A DNA stretch of 64,000 nucleotides from Bdellovibrionales bacterium (GCA_964230645.1 CAXRHT010000001.1:800001-864000), one strand, 5' to 3'; shown: positions 38,561 to 49,091, counted from the stretch's first letter. Notes: generated by a model from the letters alone, not told the origin. Numbers and translations: made by a program.

Positions 38561-38641
38561 GTGGATTTGATATTTCTTTAGATAAAATGTTTCATTTTGA
38601 GATTAACTCAATATTTCTAGATACTTCTCCGATAAAACTCT

Positions 38642-39580
38642 ATGGACCAGCGAAACAATCGAGTTCTTATTGCTGATGGGGATAACAATCTTGCTAATCG
38701 CATGAGTGCGTATCTTAAGGAAAGTGGGTTTGCGCCTAAGGTGATCAGTAATAGTTATCTTTTGCAAAAGACTTTGCTTGAGTGGAGGCCTAAGTTTTTG
38801 TTTATTGATTTGCTGTTTCCTGGGGCCTATGCGCAGCAGATTTTGAAATTTTTAGGTGAGCGTCAAATGCTTGGGGAAGATGGTTGTCATGTGATTGTGA
38901 TGTCTAAGCACAATGCCGAGCTTAATGTGCGCAACTGCTTAGAATCTGGGGCTGAGGATTTTGTTGTTAAGCCTTTTAAAATGATCGATATTCTTGAGCG
39001 GTTGGCCCTTCTCAGTCAGGTGAAGCGTTATAATTTTAATGGATTGACTAATAACAACGAACGGCAGATTAAAAACTATTTTGAGATGATTCGACTTCTT
39101 GTTGAAGCCACCAATCAAGATAAAGACATCAGTCCCATGCGTTTTGAGATTTCAAAGATGATATCCATTGCTTTAAAAGCTGTAAGAACCTCTATTATTG
39201 CGACTAATCACGCTCGTGATGAGATCGAGGTGATTCGCTCAAGTGACGATGAATCTCTCACTAAACTACCGCTGGATCTTAAAAAATATCCGGAAGTGCA
39301 GTATGTGCTCAGAACAGAGAAGTCTCTTTTTATCGAAAGCCTGGAAAAAGATCTGACCATGGCTTTTGTTAAGCATGAGGTCAAAACTATCAATTTTGAC
39401 TCAATGATGGTGCTTCCCTTGATTCAGGGAGGGATTCTGCGGGGCTGTATGTCTATTAGAATGCCTAAGGATTGTAAGAAATTGACTTACTACGATATAA
39501 AAATGGCGGAAATCGCCGCTCAGTTGCTCTCCTCCACCTGGAAGTTTCAAGAAGTTGAGGCTCTAAAAAAAGCTGGATAA
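38642..39580 (+). CDS. Response regulator: receiver domain plus GAF-like domain
   Basis: VLIADGD, FIDLLFP (phospho-Asp), VKPF; C-terminal KYPEV..V....LFIE...SMMVLPL GAF-like segment. Confidence 0.8.
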   Translation: MDQRNNRVLIADGDNNLANRMSAYLKESGFAPKVISNSYLLQKTLLEWRPKFLFIDLLFPGAYAQQILKFLGERQMLGEDGCHVIVMSKHNAELNVRNCLESGAEDFVVKPFKMIDILERLALLSQVKRYNFNGLTNNNERQIKNYFEMIRLLVEATNQDKDISPMRFEISKMISIALKAVRTSIIATNHARDEIEVIRSSDDESLTKLPLDLKKYPEVQYVLRTEKSLFIESLEKDLTMAFVKHEVKTINFDSMMVLPLIQGGILRGCMSIRMPKDCKKLTYYDIKMAEIAAQLLSSTWKFQEVEALKKAG

Positions 39581-39625
39581 GCCCCTATTTTGTCCTCCTG
39601 CAAAGGGAGCCCCCCCTATTAAATA

Positions 39626-39654
39626 TTGACGCACTCCCAGGGCCCCCTTATATT
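39626..39654 (+). promoter_or_regulatory. Sigma-70 promoter of secG
   Basis: TTGACG-N17-TATATT, 24 nt upstream of the ATG. Confidence 0.65.
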
Positions 39655-39678
39655 GAGAGTCTTTACAAGGAGCGGCAC

Positions 39679-40032
39679 ATGGTCTCAATTTTGGCCTTCG
39701 TACATATCATTCTTTCGATTTTTCTTGTTGTTCTCGTTCTCATTCAGGACCCCAAAGGTGGTGCCGCTGGTGGAATGTTTGGCGGTGGCGGATCCAACTC
39801 TTTATTTGGAGCCACAGGAGCCCCCTCTTTTCTTTCCCGTCTGACTCGCTGGGTAGCAGCCCTTTTTGCAGCCTCTTGTATTTTAATGACCATTTCCATC
39901 AAACCCGGTGGCGACAGTGTTCTTGATAGTGTCGACGTGCCAGCGCAAACTCAGCCCACTGTGGAAGAAAAAATGGATGCGGCTCCAGAGCTTGAGCCCA
40001 CTGGTGAAGAGCCTCAAACGGAAACCGAGTAA
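39679..40032 (+). CDS. secG: Preprotein translocase subunit SecG
   Basis: LVLIQDPKGG..G.FGGGGS..LFGA.G...FLSRLT. Confidence 0.93.
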   Translation: MVSILAFVHIILSIFLVVLVLIQDPKGGAAGGMFGGGGSNSLFGATGAPSFLSRLTRWVAALFAASCILMTISIKPGGDSVLDSVDVPAQTQPTVEEKMDAAPELEPTGEEPQTETE

Positions 40033-40044
40033 AAAGGTTTTTCG

Positions 40045-40821
40045 ATGAAGGTCCTTGCAAGCCTAATCTTGTTGGTATTGCTGGGACTTTTCTTTTTCAC
40101 TGACGATCTCAATTTCTTTTCTGAACACACCCCGAAAATAGTTGGCAATACCTTGGAGACTCAAGGTGTGGTCATGCAAAAAAAATCAGAAGACGACTAT
40201 TTTAAAAACCTGGAATCTTCTTCACCCATCACAACACCGACAAAAATTATGACGGGCTTTGATAGTTCCCTTCGCTTTGAAGTGGGAGCCCCCTTCCAAC
40301 TTCTAGAAGAAAGCCAGATTGAGATTTTGCAGAAAGCTTCGAAGACTGAAATTCATGTGTTATCAGGAACTTTAAAAAAGTTGGCACCGGAATCAGAGCG
40401 AGTCGAAGTTTTTGTTGATGATGTTTTACAAAAACAACCTCTTATTGAAGTGCTCCGACCAGAAAGAGCCAGAAGCCCCTCTCCCCAAAATTTATCGAAC
40501 TCTTCGAAAGACGCCAAGGAACAATCAGAGTTTCAAGCTCAATTAAAAAATACTTTTCGTCTTCATCAACGTTTTTTAGAGCGCTGTTTTATCAAATACT
40601 ACGAGCGAAAAAAGGGGAAAATCAAAAAGGGTCAGATTGTTTTAAAATTCTTTGTCAATGCCCAAGGCTTTGTCAAAAATGTTGAGATCATAAAATCAAA
40701 AATTGACGACGAAAAATACCAATCCTGTGTGAAAGAAGTGGCTTCAAGGGTTCGCATTAAATACTTTGATAAAAATCCACGCTTTGTCGAATTCCCAATT
40801 GAGACTTCACTTCCGCTATAG
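40045..40821 (+). CDS. Membrane-anchored protein with AgmX/PglI (TonB-C-like) C-terminal domain
   Basis: N-terminal TM; FecR-like middle; RCF..YYE...GQIVLKF.VNAQG.V..VEI..S......SCV. Confidence 0.75.
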   Translation: MKVLASLILLVLLGLFFFTDDLNFFSEHTPKIVGNTLETQGVVMQKKSEDDYFKNLESSSPITTPTKIMTGFDSSLRFEVGAPFQLLEESQIEILQKASKTEIHVLSGTLKKLAPESERVEVFVDDVLQKQPLIEVLRPERARSPSPQNLSNSSKDAKEQSEFQAQLKNTFRLHQRFLERCFIKYYERKKGKIKKGQIVLKFFVNAQGFVKNVEIIKSKIDDEKYQSCVKEVASRVRIKYFDKNPRFVEFPIETSLPL

Positions 40822-40829
40822 CTGAGTTT

Positions 40830-41420
40830 TTATCGGACTCCATCTTGGCAGACTTCTATATTTTTCATATGATCCATGCCGATTCGGTCTGTTCTTGAAG
40901 AGTAAAGATTTATCACTCCTCCAACCCGAGCCGAAAAAGCATTGTCCGTTGTTGGCCCAAGTGGCGCCAAAGATCCACAATTCACAGCCACTGTTGTAGG
41001 CCCTAGCTGAACCTCCGGTGTTCCCATTGGTTTTTCGGTCCAAGTTTTGAAGCTAGGACAGGGAGCGCTTCCGCCCCCCGCACAATCGCAATTAGACCAG
41101 GTCGCAATGCAGTCATCATCGAAGATACGAATTCCCGCTCTAAAGCCAGGGTTGTCGTTGGTTCGAAAGCGATAATTAATGAGCCCCTGAGGGGCGTAGC
41201 CTGTGGCCACCATGTTGCCGGGAAAAACCCCATATTCAGCACGGGCACTATGTGAAGCTGTATAATAAGCCGAAAGCATATTCATACCTTCCGCCCTACG
41301 AGCCCTAGCCTGATAACTTTTGTACCTGGGAATCGCTATAAAAGAGAGAATAGCAATGATAGCGACCACCACTAGTAATTCGACCATCGAAAAACCAGCA
41401 TTTCTTTTTAAGATTTGCAT
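40830..41420 (-). CDS. Type IV pilin-like protein
   Basis: Class III signal AG|FSMVELLVVVAIIAIL..IAIP.Y; Cys-rich C-terminal half. Confidence 0.92.
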   Translation of the reverse strand: MQILKRNAGFSMVELLVVVAIIAILSFIAIPRYKSYQARARRAEGMNMLSAYYTASHSARAEYGVFPGNMVATGYAPQGLINYRFRTNDNPGFRAGIRIFDDDCIATWSNCDCAGGGSAPCPSFKTWTEKPMGTPEVQLGPTTVAVNCGSLAPLGPTTDNAFSARVGGVINLYSSRTDRIGMDHMKNIEVCQDGVR

Positions 41421-41519
41421 ATCTTAAATTTTATCAAAAACCCGGATAAATTGACAGTCTAGCCCAACCCAATGTCATGTATAGAAACACCTGTGTTTTT
41501 TGGGATTGCGATATTTGGC

Positions 41520-42218
41520 TTAGCCCTGTTCTCTACCACTGCACTGATTAAGAGGGACGGATTCTTTGATTTTCTTGGGAGGATCTAAATTGAGATTTTT
41601 CATAATTTCCACGAATTCATCCAGACTCTTCTCTAGCTTCAAACGGGGATTGAAATTCTTCTCTTCTTCAATCGTCGAGTTGGTGCGTCCTTTATAGTCG
41701 TGTCCGGGATAGACCAGAGTGGAATCAGGAAGTGCGAATAAAATATCTCTCACAGATTTAAACAGAGTTTCACTATCGCCTCCTTGAAAATCTGTGCGAC
41801 CGCAACCTCGGATGAGCAGAGTGTCTCCGGTAAATAAATAAGGATAAAGATAATAGCTCGTGCAGCCCTCGGTATGGCCGGGAGTGAGTAATGCTTCAAT
41901 TTTATATTCCCCAAAACTTATGGTTTGGCGATGACCGAGAGTCACATCAGCCGACTCAACATCGGCTGTGTTCCCAACAACCAACTGACAGTGAAAATGA
42001 TCTTTCATTTTCTGGGCTGCAGTCACATGATCGGCATGAATATGGGTTTCTAAGGCAAATTTTAATTTGAGTTTCATTTCATTGATAATTTGTACGTCTC
42101 TGTCGAAATTCTCCCTGACTGGATCTATGACTATGGCTTCCCTGGTGTAATCATCGCCGAGGATATAAGTAAACGTTGAGGATTCTTTGTCTATCAATTG
42201 TCTAAACATAATTCCCAT
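41520..42218 (-). CDS. MBL-fold persulfide dioxygenase (ETHE1-like)
   Basis: ETHIHADH, TPGHT.GC, TGDTLLIRGCGRTDFQ, YPGHDY. Confidence 0.9.
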   Translation of the reverse strand: MGIMFRQLIDKESSTFTYILGDDYTREAIVIDPVRENFDRDVQIINEMKLKLKFALETHIHADHVTAAQKMKDHFHCQLVVGNTADVESADVTLGHRQTISFGEYKIEALLTPGHTEGCTSYYLYPYLFTGDTLLIRGCGRTDFQGGDSETLFKSVRDILFALPDSTLVYPGHDYKGRTNSTIEEEKNFNPRLKLEKSLDEFVEIMKNLNLDPPKKIKESVPLNQCSGREQG

Positions 42219-42228
42219 ATATCCACCT

Positions 42229-43161
42229 TCAGTAAATTTTTAAAACGACCATGACGACCAGAACGAGAGGAAAGTTGAGCTTCAAGAGCACGCATCCAAG
42301 AATAGTCAATAATAGAGGTGCTGTCCACCCACTCAATAAGCTCAAAGATAGGCCCAATAGAGCGGCTAAAACTAACTTTAAAAAGCCCTTTTGATGGAAA
42401 ATGAGACTGTAACTAATTAACAAAATATTAAGTCCTGTGATTCTAGCGTTATCCCTTAATTTGTCGAAGTGAGAAACCCTCTCCTCACTTCTGGGATAGT
42501 AAACATCAATAGCCACCTCTTTAACAGGAAATCCTCTCCACAAATAACGAACTAAAACTTCAATTTCAAAGTCGTATCTCTTCGTAAAAAATGAAATTTT
42601 CGATAATTCCTTTAAGGGATAGACTCGGAAGCCACTTTGAGAATCAGAAACCTTTGTGGAAGCCTGATACCACACCCAAAAATTTGAAAATTTTCGTCCA
42701 AACTTTGAAAGACCAGGAACATTTTTACCAAAACGTCTGGCTCCAATAATGATAGCCTCGGGCTCTTCCCTTGCTGCCTGCAACAGTGGAGCGATATCTT
42801 TAGCTAAATGTTGTCCATCAGCATCAATCGTAATGATGTGAGTGTACTGTTGAGCAAGGTTTCCAAGCGCCCAACTGAGGGCCGCCCCTTTTCCTTGGTT
42901 CTTTTCAAAACGCTTCACCTGTACTCTCTTCTCCGCTGACCCAGGTGTTGTTACACCGGATGGGGATTGGGAGAAAGCCTCCTGGCTCGGTTTCAAATCG
43001 TGTTTCTCTACAATCCCTCTGATAGTTTCACCATCGACTTTCGGATCGGAGCCGTCGTCGATCACCCAAATAGGAAAGTCCTGATGCTTTAAAACATCCT
43101 CAACCACATCATAAACTTTGCCTTGGCTATTGTAGGCTGGAATTACCACGCAAGGATTCAT
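42229..43161 (-). CDS. GT2 glycosyltransferase (APE/flexirubin-cluster type)
   Basis: IPAYN, DDGS, NQGKGAAL, DADGQH, DSQSGFRVYP, RVSHF. Confidence 0.88.
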   Translation of the reverse strand: MNPCVVIPAYNSQGKVYDVVEDVLKHQDFPIWVIDDGSDPKVDGETIRGIVEKHDLKPSQEAFSQSPSGVTTPGSAEKRVQVKRFEKNQGKGAALSWALGNLAQQYTHIITIDADGQHLAKDIAPLLQAAREEPEAIIIGARRFGKNVPGLSKFGRKFSNFWVWYQASTKVSDSQSGFRVYPLKELSKISFFTKRYDFEIEVLVRYLWRGFPVKEVAIDVYYPRSEERVSHFDKLRDNARITGLNILLISYSLIFHQKGFLKLVLAALLGLSLSLLSGWTAPLLLTILGCVLLKLNFPLVLVVMVVLKIY

Positions 43162-43163
43162 TC

Positions 43164-43949
43164 TTAAAAACTCTCATAGGAATGGGACTGACTCAATTGC
43201 AGAATTCTTTTTTGAATCTGATCGCTTACAGATTGACTGAGCTTCTCAGCCGAAGAAAATTGAGCAGAATCCACCGCAGGCAGTGACTCGATAATCAATG
43301 GAGCCTTTTTAGCGATCGCTAATTCCTCTTTTGGCCAAAGGTAATCACTCCCCCAGATCACAACGGGGATAACCGGAGAGCGGGTCTGTATGGCTTTTTG
43401 GAACGGACCCAGAGTGAAGCGAGAAAGTTTAGTCTCTCCAAAAGCAGACCGAGTCATCTCGGGGAAAACAAGAATTCGATCCTTCATTTCTAGACCTTTT
43501 CTAATATCTTCCATGGCCTTCCAATAGGATTCACTCCGGCCACGCTTAATGTAAACCATCCGCAGAAGCCAGGCGGCTTGCCCGAGTCCCGGAATCCAAA
43601 AAATCAAATTTTTAGTGAGCACCCGAACCCCTGGAATAAGCTCCAGCAATAAAAACACATCCAAGTGGGAGCGGTGATTGGCAACAAACAAAGCGCCTGT
43701 TTCATATTGCGCAATCTCTTTAGGCAAAGTGATTTTAAACTCCCCCACCCACCAAGGCTGAAAAAACTTTAACCATTTCACTCCCATGACCGTGATTCGC
43801 CCGGAAAGTTTTCTGGCGGAGAGACTGAAACGGGCGAGGAGGCTCACCGGCAAATTGAGAATAAAAATAGAAATGAGGCCAAGAGGAGCAATACAAAAAG
43901 CCAACCACAGCAGCGGAGATTTATACCTCTTGATTTTGACATTATTCAT
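43164..43949 (-). CDS. Lysophospholipid acyltransferase (PlsC-like)
   Basis: NHRSHLD (HX4D), FPEMTRS. Confidence 0.88.
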   Translation of the reverse strand: MNNVKIKRYKSPLLWLAFCIAPLGLISIFILNLPVSLLARFSLSARKLSGRITVMGVKWLKFFQPWWVGEFKITLPKEIAQYETGALFVANHRSHLDVFLLLELIPGVRVLTKNLIFWIPGLGQAAWLLRMVYIKRGRSESYWKAMEDIRKGLEMKDRILVFPEMTRSAFGETKLSRFTLGPFQKAIQTRSPVIPVVIWGSDYLWPKEELAIAKKAPLIIESLPAVDSAQFSSAEKLSQSVSDQIQKRILQLSQSHSYESF

Positions 43950-43978
43950 TACTATTTAAATAGTCGTAAACAGCAGAT

Positions 43979-45535
43979 TTGTCTACGATCAACAGGGATT
44001 TCATGGACGCTCAAAAAACCGATATTCTGATCATTGGAAGTGGTATGTCCGCTTTAACCTCCGCGATCTTACTTTTAAGGAAAGGCTATAGTGTCAGAAT
44101 CTTAGAGGCCCACTACAAAGCGGGTGGCTATATGCATTCCTTTGAAAAAATGGGACACACTTATGACAGTGGTGCCCACTATGTTGGGGCTCTTGCTCCC
44201 CATGAACCTTTCTGGGCCCTACTCAATTATCTTGATGTTTATGATGAGTCCCTCTTCACTCCATTAGATGAGGAGGCCTTTGACTCTTTTTATTTCAAAA
44301 ACCAGCAAATAAAAGAGATTCAGTATGGAAAAGGCTATGATCGAGTGATTGAGCACTTTTGTGAAAAATTCCCTCAAGAAAGCGCTGGAATAAAGACTTT
44401 TTTTAAAACAATCCAAAACACGGCTCGTAATTTCCCCACTTACCATTTTTTGGTTAACTACGATCAATCTAAACTTCTCAAATCTCTTGAGACCAGTTTG
44501 CTTGAGGAAGCAAGAAAACACACTCAAAACCCAGAACTCCTCAATGCTTTCTTCGGCTACTGTGGACTGCACGGAGTCATGCCCGCTGATGTATCCTTTG
44601 GCCTGCACTCTATAATTGTTGATTCGCTGATCCGTAGTGGAGGTTATGGTTTTCGCGGGTCCGGGGACGCCCTGGTAAAAAAACTTGTAGAGAAAATTGA
44701 GACCCTGGGCGGTGAAATCCTACTGAAACAAAAAGTTACTTCTTTTGAGATTAAAGATAAAAAAGTGCAGAGCCTAGTTACCCAGAGAGGAACGGTTTTT
44801 GAAGCTGATCATTTTATCTTTAGCGGTCATCCAAAAGATATGATTGAAATGGCCGGTCCTGAGCACTTCAGAAAACTCTACACCAAACGGATCGGCAAAA
44901 CTCCAGACTCTATTGGAATCATGGGCATTTATGGGGTGGCAAAACCGGGAACTTTTGAAAACATCAAACGAAACTACTACCAGGTCACTACCCCTCTTCC
45001 CGAACATTTTGACCCTGATGAAAAACGTCCCCTCAGCAAAGACCCCATCATTAGTTTTGTCACATTCCCTGACCGGGAACTAAACCCTAAAACAGAGGAA
45101 GTCCCATTCAGCATCCATGCCCCTCAATTGTATTCTTGGGTTGAAGACTGGAAGAGCAAAAAAGCTTACAGCCGAGACAAAGACTATTTGAATTTTAAAG
45201 AAAAATTAACAGATTCCATTTTTGATTTCGTTGAGACAAGTGGTTTGAAAATAAAAGAAAACACACTCAAGTTCGAATCATCAACCAGCCTCACCAATAG
45301 ACGCTTTAATCTATCTCCTCTGGGCTCGGCTTACGGAATTTATCATTCCATGGATTATACCGGTGTCAGGGCTCTCAGTGGTAAGACCAGTATTGAAAAT
45401 CTTTTTATCACCGGTCAAAATACGCTTTTTCCAGGAATTATGGCCGCCTCCATCGCTGGCATTCGAACCACTGGTTTTTTAATTGGTATTAAAGAGACCA
45501 TCGCTGACATTAGAAAGGTGATGGACGGACAATAA
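43979..45535 (+). CDS. Phytoene-desaturase-like FAD oxidoreductase (probable start ATG 44003)
   Basis: IIGSGMSAL Rossmann motif, GGYMHSF, YDSGAHY, GSAYG, NLFITGQ. Confidence 0.85.
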   Translation: MSTINRDFMDAQKTDILIIGSGMSALTSAILLLRKGYSVRILEAHYKAGGYMHSFEKMGHTYDSGAHYVGALAPHEPFWALLNYLDVYDESLFTPLDEEAFDSFYFKNQQIKEIQYGKGYDRVIEHFCEKFPQESAGIKTFFKTIQNTARNFPTYHFLVNYDQSKLLKSLETSLLEEARKHTQNPELLNAFFGYCGLHGVMPADVSFGLHSIIVDSLIRSGGYGFRGSGDALVKKLVEKIETLGGEILLKQKVTSFEIKDKKVQSLVTQRGTVFEADHFIFSGHPKDMIEMAGPEHFRKLYTKRIGKTPDSIGIMGIYGVAKPGTFENIKRNYYQVTTPLPEHFDPDEKRPLSKDPIISFVTFPDRELNPKTEEVPFSIHAPQLYSWVEDWKSKKAYSRDKDYLNFKEKLTDSIFDFVETSGLKIKENTLKFESSTSLTNRRFNLSPLGSAYGIYHSMDYTGVRALSGKTSIENLFITGQNTLFPGIMAASIAGIRTTGFLIGIKETIADIRKVMDGQ

Positions 45536-45563
45536 AAAAAGCGCACCTAGTGGATGCGCTTTT
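45534..45563. terminator. Bidirectional terminator between convergent genes
   Basis: A7-GCGCA..TGCGC-T4. Confidence 0.7.
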
Positions 45564-45587
45564 AAATTAAATTTACAAACTAAAATA

Positions 45588-46064
45588 TTACTGACCAACA
45601 ACAAGCTCAGAAACTAGAGCGTCCATTTCTTCTTGATTGTTAGGTAGAGGATACATATTTGCACCCAGTTTCGTGGCTTTAAAAGCATCGCCCTCAACCG
45701 CAGTACTCATGAAAAGTGGAGTGAGAATAAAAGGCCAAATTAAAAAATAACCCCAACCTTTTTTACAACGAGGCTCAGAGGAATCACTGGCGTGCCAGCG
45801 AATATTTCCAATGGCGTTAGCACCTTTGGCTTTAGCATTATAAATGAGCTCTTGCACTGACCCACGGGCTTTTTCGGTGCAGTTATCCCAAATCGCTCCG
45901 CCATCTTCTCCTTCAACCATACCTAGATTTTCACCTTCGAATTCGCCAGCCTTAAGAGCCACTCCTTCTTCGCTAAAATCATTGTAATCGATTCTAGCCC
46001 TGTGGGTAGAACATGCACTGGCAAAAAATGCCACAACCAACAAATAGGAAAGTGTCTTTTTCAT
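45588..46064 (-). CDS. Lipoprotein, possibly YbjQ/dodecin-like
   Basis: GGAGG RBS; lipobox ASAC; AKAKGANAIGNIR...VEGDA pattern. Confidence 0.65.
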   Translation of the reverse strand: MKKTLSYLLVVAFFASACSTHRARIDYNDFSEEGVALKAGEFEGENLGMVEGEDGGAIWDNCTEKARGSVQELIYNAKAKGANAIGNIRWHASDSSEPRCKKGWGYFLIWPFILTPLFMSTAVEGDAFKATKLGANMYPLPNNQEEMDALVSELVVGQ

Positions 46065-46232
46065 GAATTCCTCCTTAACTTTTCCAATAACAAATTTTTG
46101 CTATCTTCGAATGAAAAGTCAATCACACTCCAGTTGAAGATCAAGACCACCCACCCTGGCCTGTTCTTTTTAAGTCACACAGTGCGTGTGTTTTTTTACT
46201 CTTTGCTAGGGATCGAATTTTATTTAGAAAGA

Positions 46233-46691
46233 CTATTCAAAGTAGACTTGAATTTCAGTTTCGGCCAGCAGAGTCTCGTCCCCGGGCACTCGCACTTCCC
46301 CACGAACGTAAGTCACAGGTAAAAGCTCTCGGATCACGCGAAGACTGACTTCCAGTTGACTGACTTTATCAAGATCAACACTTTCGAAGTTGGCCCGGCA
46401 AAATCGCACACCTGTGAGGTAGGTTTGGCTAGGAGGATCACTGAATTTATGAATCACTTGATAGGCCGCCTTAAGATAGCCAAAGCCTTGTGCGGTAAAC
46501 TCAATGGCCGAGGATGCCCGCAACTCATGACCGTCATTCACATACAAAGAGTCCTTTTTAATATCCACAACACATACGCCAGCCAAACCCTTATAGTCTT
46601 TTCCCACTTCGGCCACACGATTGACCCAGACCATAGGAGGTCTATGGGGAAGATAAGGAATTAAGTCTTTTATGAGCATATCTTCAGACAT
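46233..46691 (-). CDS. Hotdog-fold dehydratase (ApeP/FabZ-like)
   Basis: LPHRPPMVWV, IEFTAQ. Confidence 0.8.
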   Translation of the reverse strand: MSEDMLIKDLIPYLPHRPPMVWVNRVAEVGKDYKGLAGVCVVDIKKDSLYVNDGHELRASSAIEFTAQGFGYLKAAYQVIHKFSDPPSQTYLTGVRFCRANFESVDLDKVSQLEVSLRVIRELLPVTYVRGEVRVPGDETLLAETEIQVYFE

Positions 46692-47295
46692 TGCTAATTC
46701 TCTCTTTGGTTATGGCCGAGAAAGTAAATCCCTTCTCTGAGCCTCGCGCCAGAAACTGTTCTAAGCCTTTTAAAAATCCTTTTTGGAAGGCCGTCTTTTG
46801 ACGGTCATGAAGAAGAACAATATCACCGGATTGAAAATTGTAAAATGATTGCGTCCAAGAAAATGGCAAATTCGTATCAAAAAAACGTTTGTTCCAGTGC
46901 ACCCACGGTAAAGACAACTCACTCATGACGCGCATCAATGGAGGTGTAACAACCCCAGCCGGTGAGCGAAAGGCTACAGGAGACTCTCCTAATAAGTGAG
47001 TTAAGGTCTTATTTCCCTCAAGGATCCACTCTTTGAGGCGATCTTGCGACCTAAAAAAATGGGAATATTGATGATTCAGAGAGTGATCTCCAATGGAATG
47101 TCCCTTTTCTCGTATCCGCTCTAGCTCGCTAGGATTTTGCTTTGCTTTCTCGGCAATCACAAAAAAGGTGGCTTTTGCATCAAAGGCAGAAAGGCAGTCC
47201 AATACCTTTGGGGTAAAATCGGAGTCGGGACCATCGTCGAAACTCAGAAAAATTTCAGTTTCTTTTGTTGGAATGTGAGAGAGTGGGCGCTTCAT
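46684..47295 (-). CDS. Polysaccharide deacetylase (CE4/NodB)
   Basis: SFDDGP, GDHSLNH, FRSPAG, LLHD. Confidence 0.9.
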   Translation of the reverse strand: MKRPLSHIPTKETEIFLSFDDGPDSDFTPKVLDCLSAFDAKATFFVIAEKAKQNPSELERIREKGHSIGDHSLNHQYSHFFRSQDRLKEWILEGNKTLTHLLGESPVAFRSPAGVVTPPLMRVMSELSLPWVHWNKRFFDTNLPFSWTQSFYNFQSGDIVLLHDRQKTAFQKGFLKGLEQFLARGSEKGFTFSAITKERISNV

Positions 47296-47296
47296 T

Positions 47297-47923
47297 TTAG
47301 TTCACTCGAAAACCAATTTCCATATGCTGGAAATTTATTTTGAAACTCTGCTTACTATTGATAGCAGAGTAGAGTTCTTCAAAATGACCGACTCCCTTAA
47401 GTTCACTAGTCTCAGAAATTATCTCTAGAGTGCTCAGAGATTCTTCCGTCAGATAAAGAAATTCTCCTTCTGTTTTAACAGAATAATCAGAGACTTCTCC
47501 CAGTTCTTCCGGGAAGCTATCCGCATGAATCATCAAAACTGGGTTTCTATTAGCAACTGCTTGTACAAGGGCCGCGGCCATCACTTCCTTTTGGGGCTCA
47601 TCGATCGCACAAAGAGAGTAGGTGGGCCCAAGAATTTGTAACTGCTGACTGATAAAACCAGTGGTCGAATGGTGTAGACTGTTTTGAAAAAGGAAGGGAC
47701 GCCCCACGCCGTTTTGAGCCAGTCCTTTTAAGTAATTAAAAGTGGGCTCGATTTCGCCGTGCAGGGATCCGAGAAATACTTCCGTTTTGTTCGGCAGATC
47801 TTGGGGAAGAGTTTTTTCTAACCCCCCAATAAGAATGCGCATTAAAGTCGTGGCTTTGCGAAACCGGGGATCAAATGCCGCTTCTTGCTTGGGATCGTAT
47901 TTCCAGAAGAGATTGGCACTCAC
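47297..47923 (-). CDS. Ketosynthase chain-length-factor-like protein
   Basis: RFRKAT...R, S.HGE, PFLFQNSLH; no catalytic Cys-His-His set; downstream of a KS. Confidence 0.75.
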   Translation of the reverse strand: MSANLFWKYDPKQEAAFDPRFRKATTLMRILIGGLEKTLPQDLPNKTEVFLGSLHGEIEPTFNYLKGLAQNGVGRPFLFQNSLHHSTTGFISQQLQILGPTYSLCAIDEPQKEVMAAALVQAVANRNPVLMIHADSFPEELGEVSDYSVKTEGEFLYLTEESLSTLEIISETSELKGVGHFEELYSAINSKQSFKINFQHMEIGFRVN

Positions 47924-47924
47924 T

Positions 47925-49091
47925 TCACGCCTCCCGCCCCAAGATTAGACTGGCGTTAATCCCACCAAAGCCTAAAGTATTTTTTAAGATATAGGATACT
48001 TTTGAGTTCTGGTTATCTCTAGCCATATTGATGGTGAAATGTTTTGGCTCGGAAAAAGCACTCCCTAAAATTTTTTGCCTTTTTAAAGCTTCACAACAAA
48101 GGAGGGTCTCCCATACTCCAGAGGCGGCCAAGCTATGACCGTGAATACCTTTTGTGGAAGAAACCGGAGCTTTTATCTCTAGCTGCTTTATAGCAGCCGC
48201 TTCCGCCCGATCATTTTGAAGAGAGCCAGTGCCGTGGGCGTGAACCCAATCAATATCTTCCGAAGTGAGTGCAGCATCTTCAAGGGCTTGCGAGATTGAA
48301 TGTAGTGGACCACTGCCATCAGGCTTTGGGGCTGTCATCGAATATCCATCACTCGCACAGCCATAACCAACAATTTTCACCGAGTGCTCCCGACGTTTTT
48401 GCCTTTCAAGAACAAAAGCTCCGACCGCCTCGCTCAGGCAAATTCCACTCCTGGTCTCGTTAAAGGGAAGGCAGTCCTCTCCATTAACCAATGATAAAGA
48501 AGAAAACCCAGTCCGAGTTAAATCACATATTTGCTCAGCTCCCAAAATCACACAGCGGTCTACCAAACCAAGGTTCAACCAGTTTCGCCCTAAACCGATG
48601 GCTTGTGTTCCTGCCGCACAGGCTGATGAAACAATTTGGATGGGACCTTGATGCTCCAATTGGTGGCGAATCTCCTGAGCAAAGCCTCCAATGGGCTGAT
48701 ACAAAATACCGTTAGTTTTTTCCCCTTGAAAATGATTGATTAATTCACTTTCCCACACTCGAGTGAGTCCTGTGGTCGTAGCGATGATAAGGCCATCGCG
48801 AGGGCCCCATTTTAATTGACTTTTTTCCTCAAGGCTCCTGAGACAAAAAAGAGACCAAGCCAGTAACTTATTCTCTGCAACCTCGTTTAGAAGAGTTTTT
48901 CTGGAAAAAAGATTTTCAGTTCCAAGGCAGTGCTTTGAATGTTCTTCAGGGATATAAAGCAGTCCGTTTTCGAAGTGTCTTTTTTTTTCTTCGCAGGCTT
49001 CCCACAAGCTCTCGATCCCTACACCATAAGGATGAATACTCGCGTGTTCGTTGATAAAAACAGGAGCTATATTTTTAATGGCTCGTTCCAC
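47925..49091 (-). CDS. Beta-ketoacyl-ACP synthase
   Basis: SSACAAG, HAHGTGS, GHSLAA, GFGG. Confidence 0.92.
   Translation of the reverse strand: MERAIKNIAPVFINEHASIHPYGVGIESLWEACEEKKRHFENGLLYIPEEHSKHCLGTENLFSRKTLLNEVAENKLLAWSLFCLRSLEEKSQLKWGPRDGLIIATTTGLTRVWESELINHFQGEKTNGILYQPIGGFAQEIRHQLEHQGPIQIVSSACAAGTQAIGLGRNWLNLGLVDRCVILGAEQICDLTRTGFSSLSLVNGEDCLPFNETRSGICLSEAVGAFVLERQKRREHSVKIVGYGCASDGYSMTAPKPDGSGPLHSISQALEDAALTSEDIDWVHAHGTGSLQNDRAEAAAIKQLEIKAPVSSTKGIHGHSLAASGVWETLLCCEALKRQKILGSAFSEPKHFTINMARDNQNSKVSYILKNTLGFGGINASLILGREA

Noticed and set aside
43979..45535. Carotenoid biosynthesis (crtI)
   Set aside because: No crtB, crtE or crtY present; this family is a regular member of flexirubin-type clusters.
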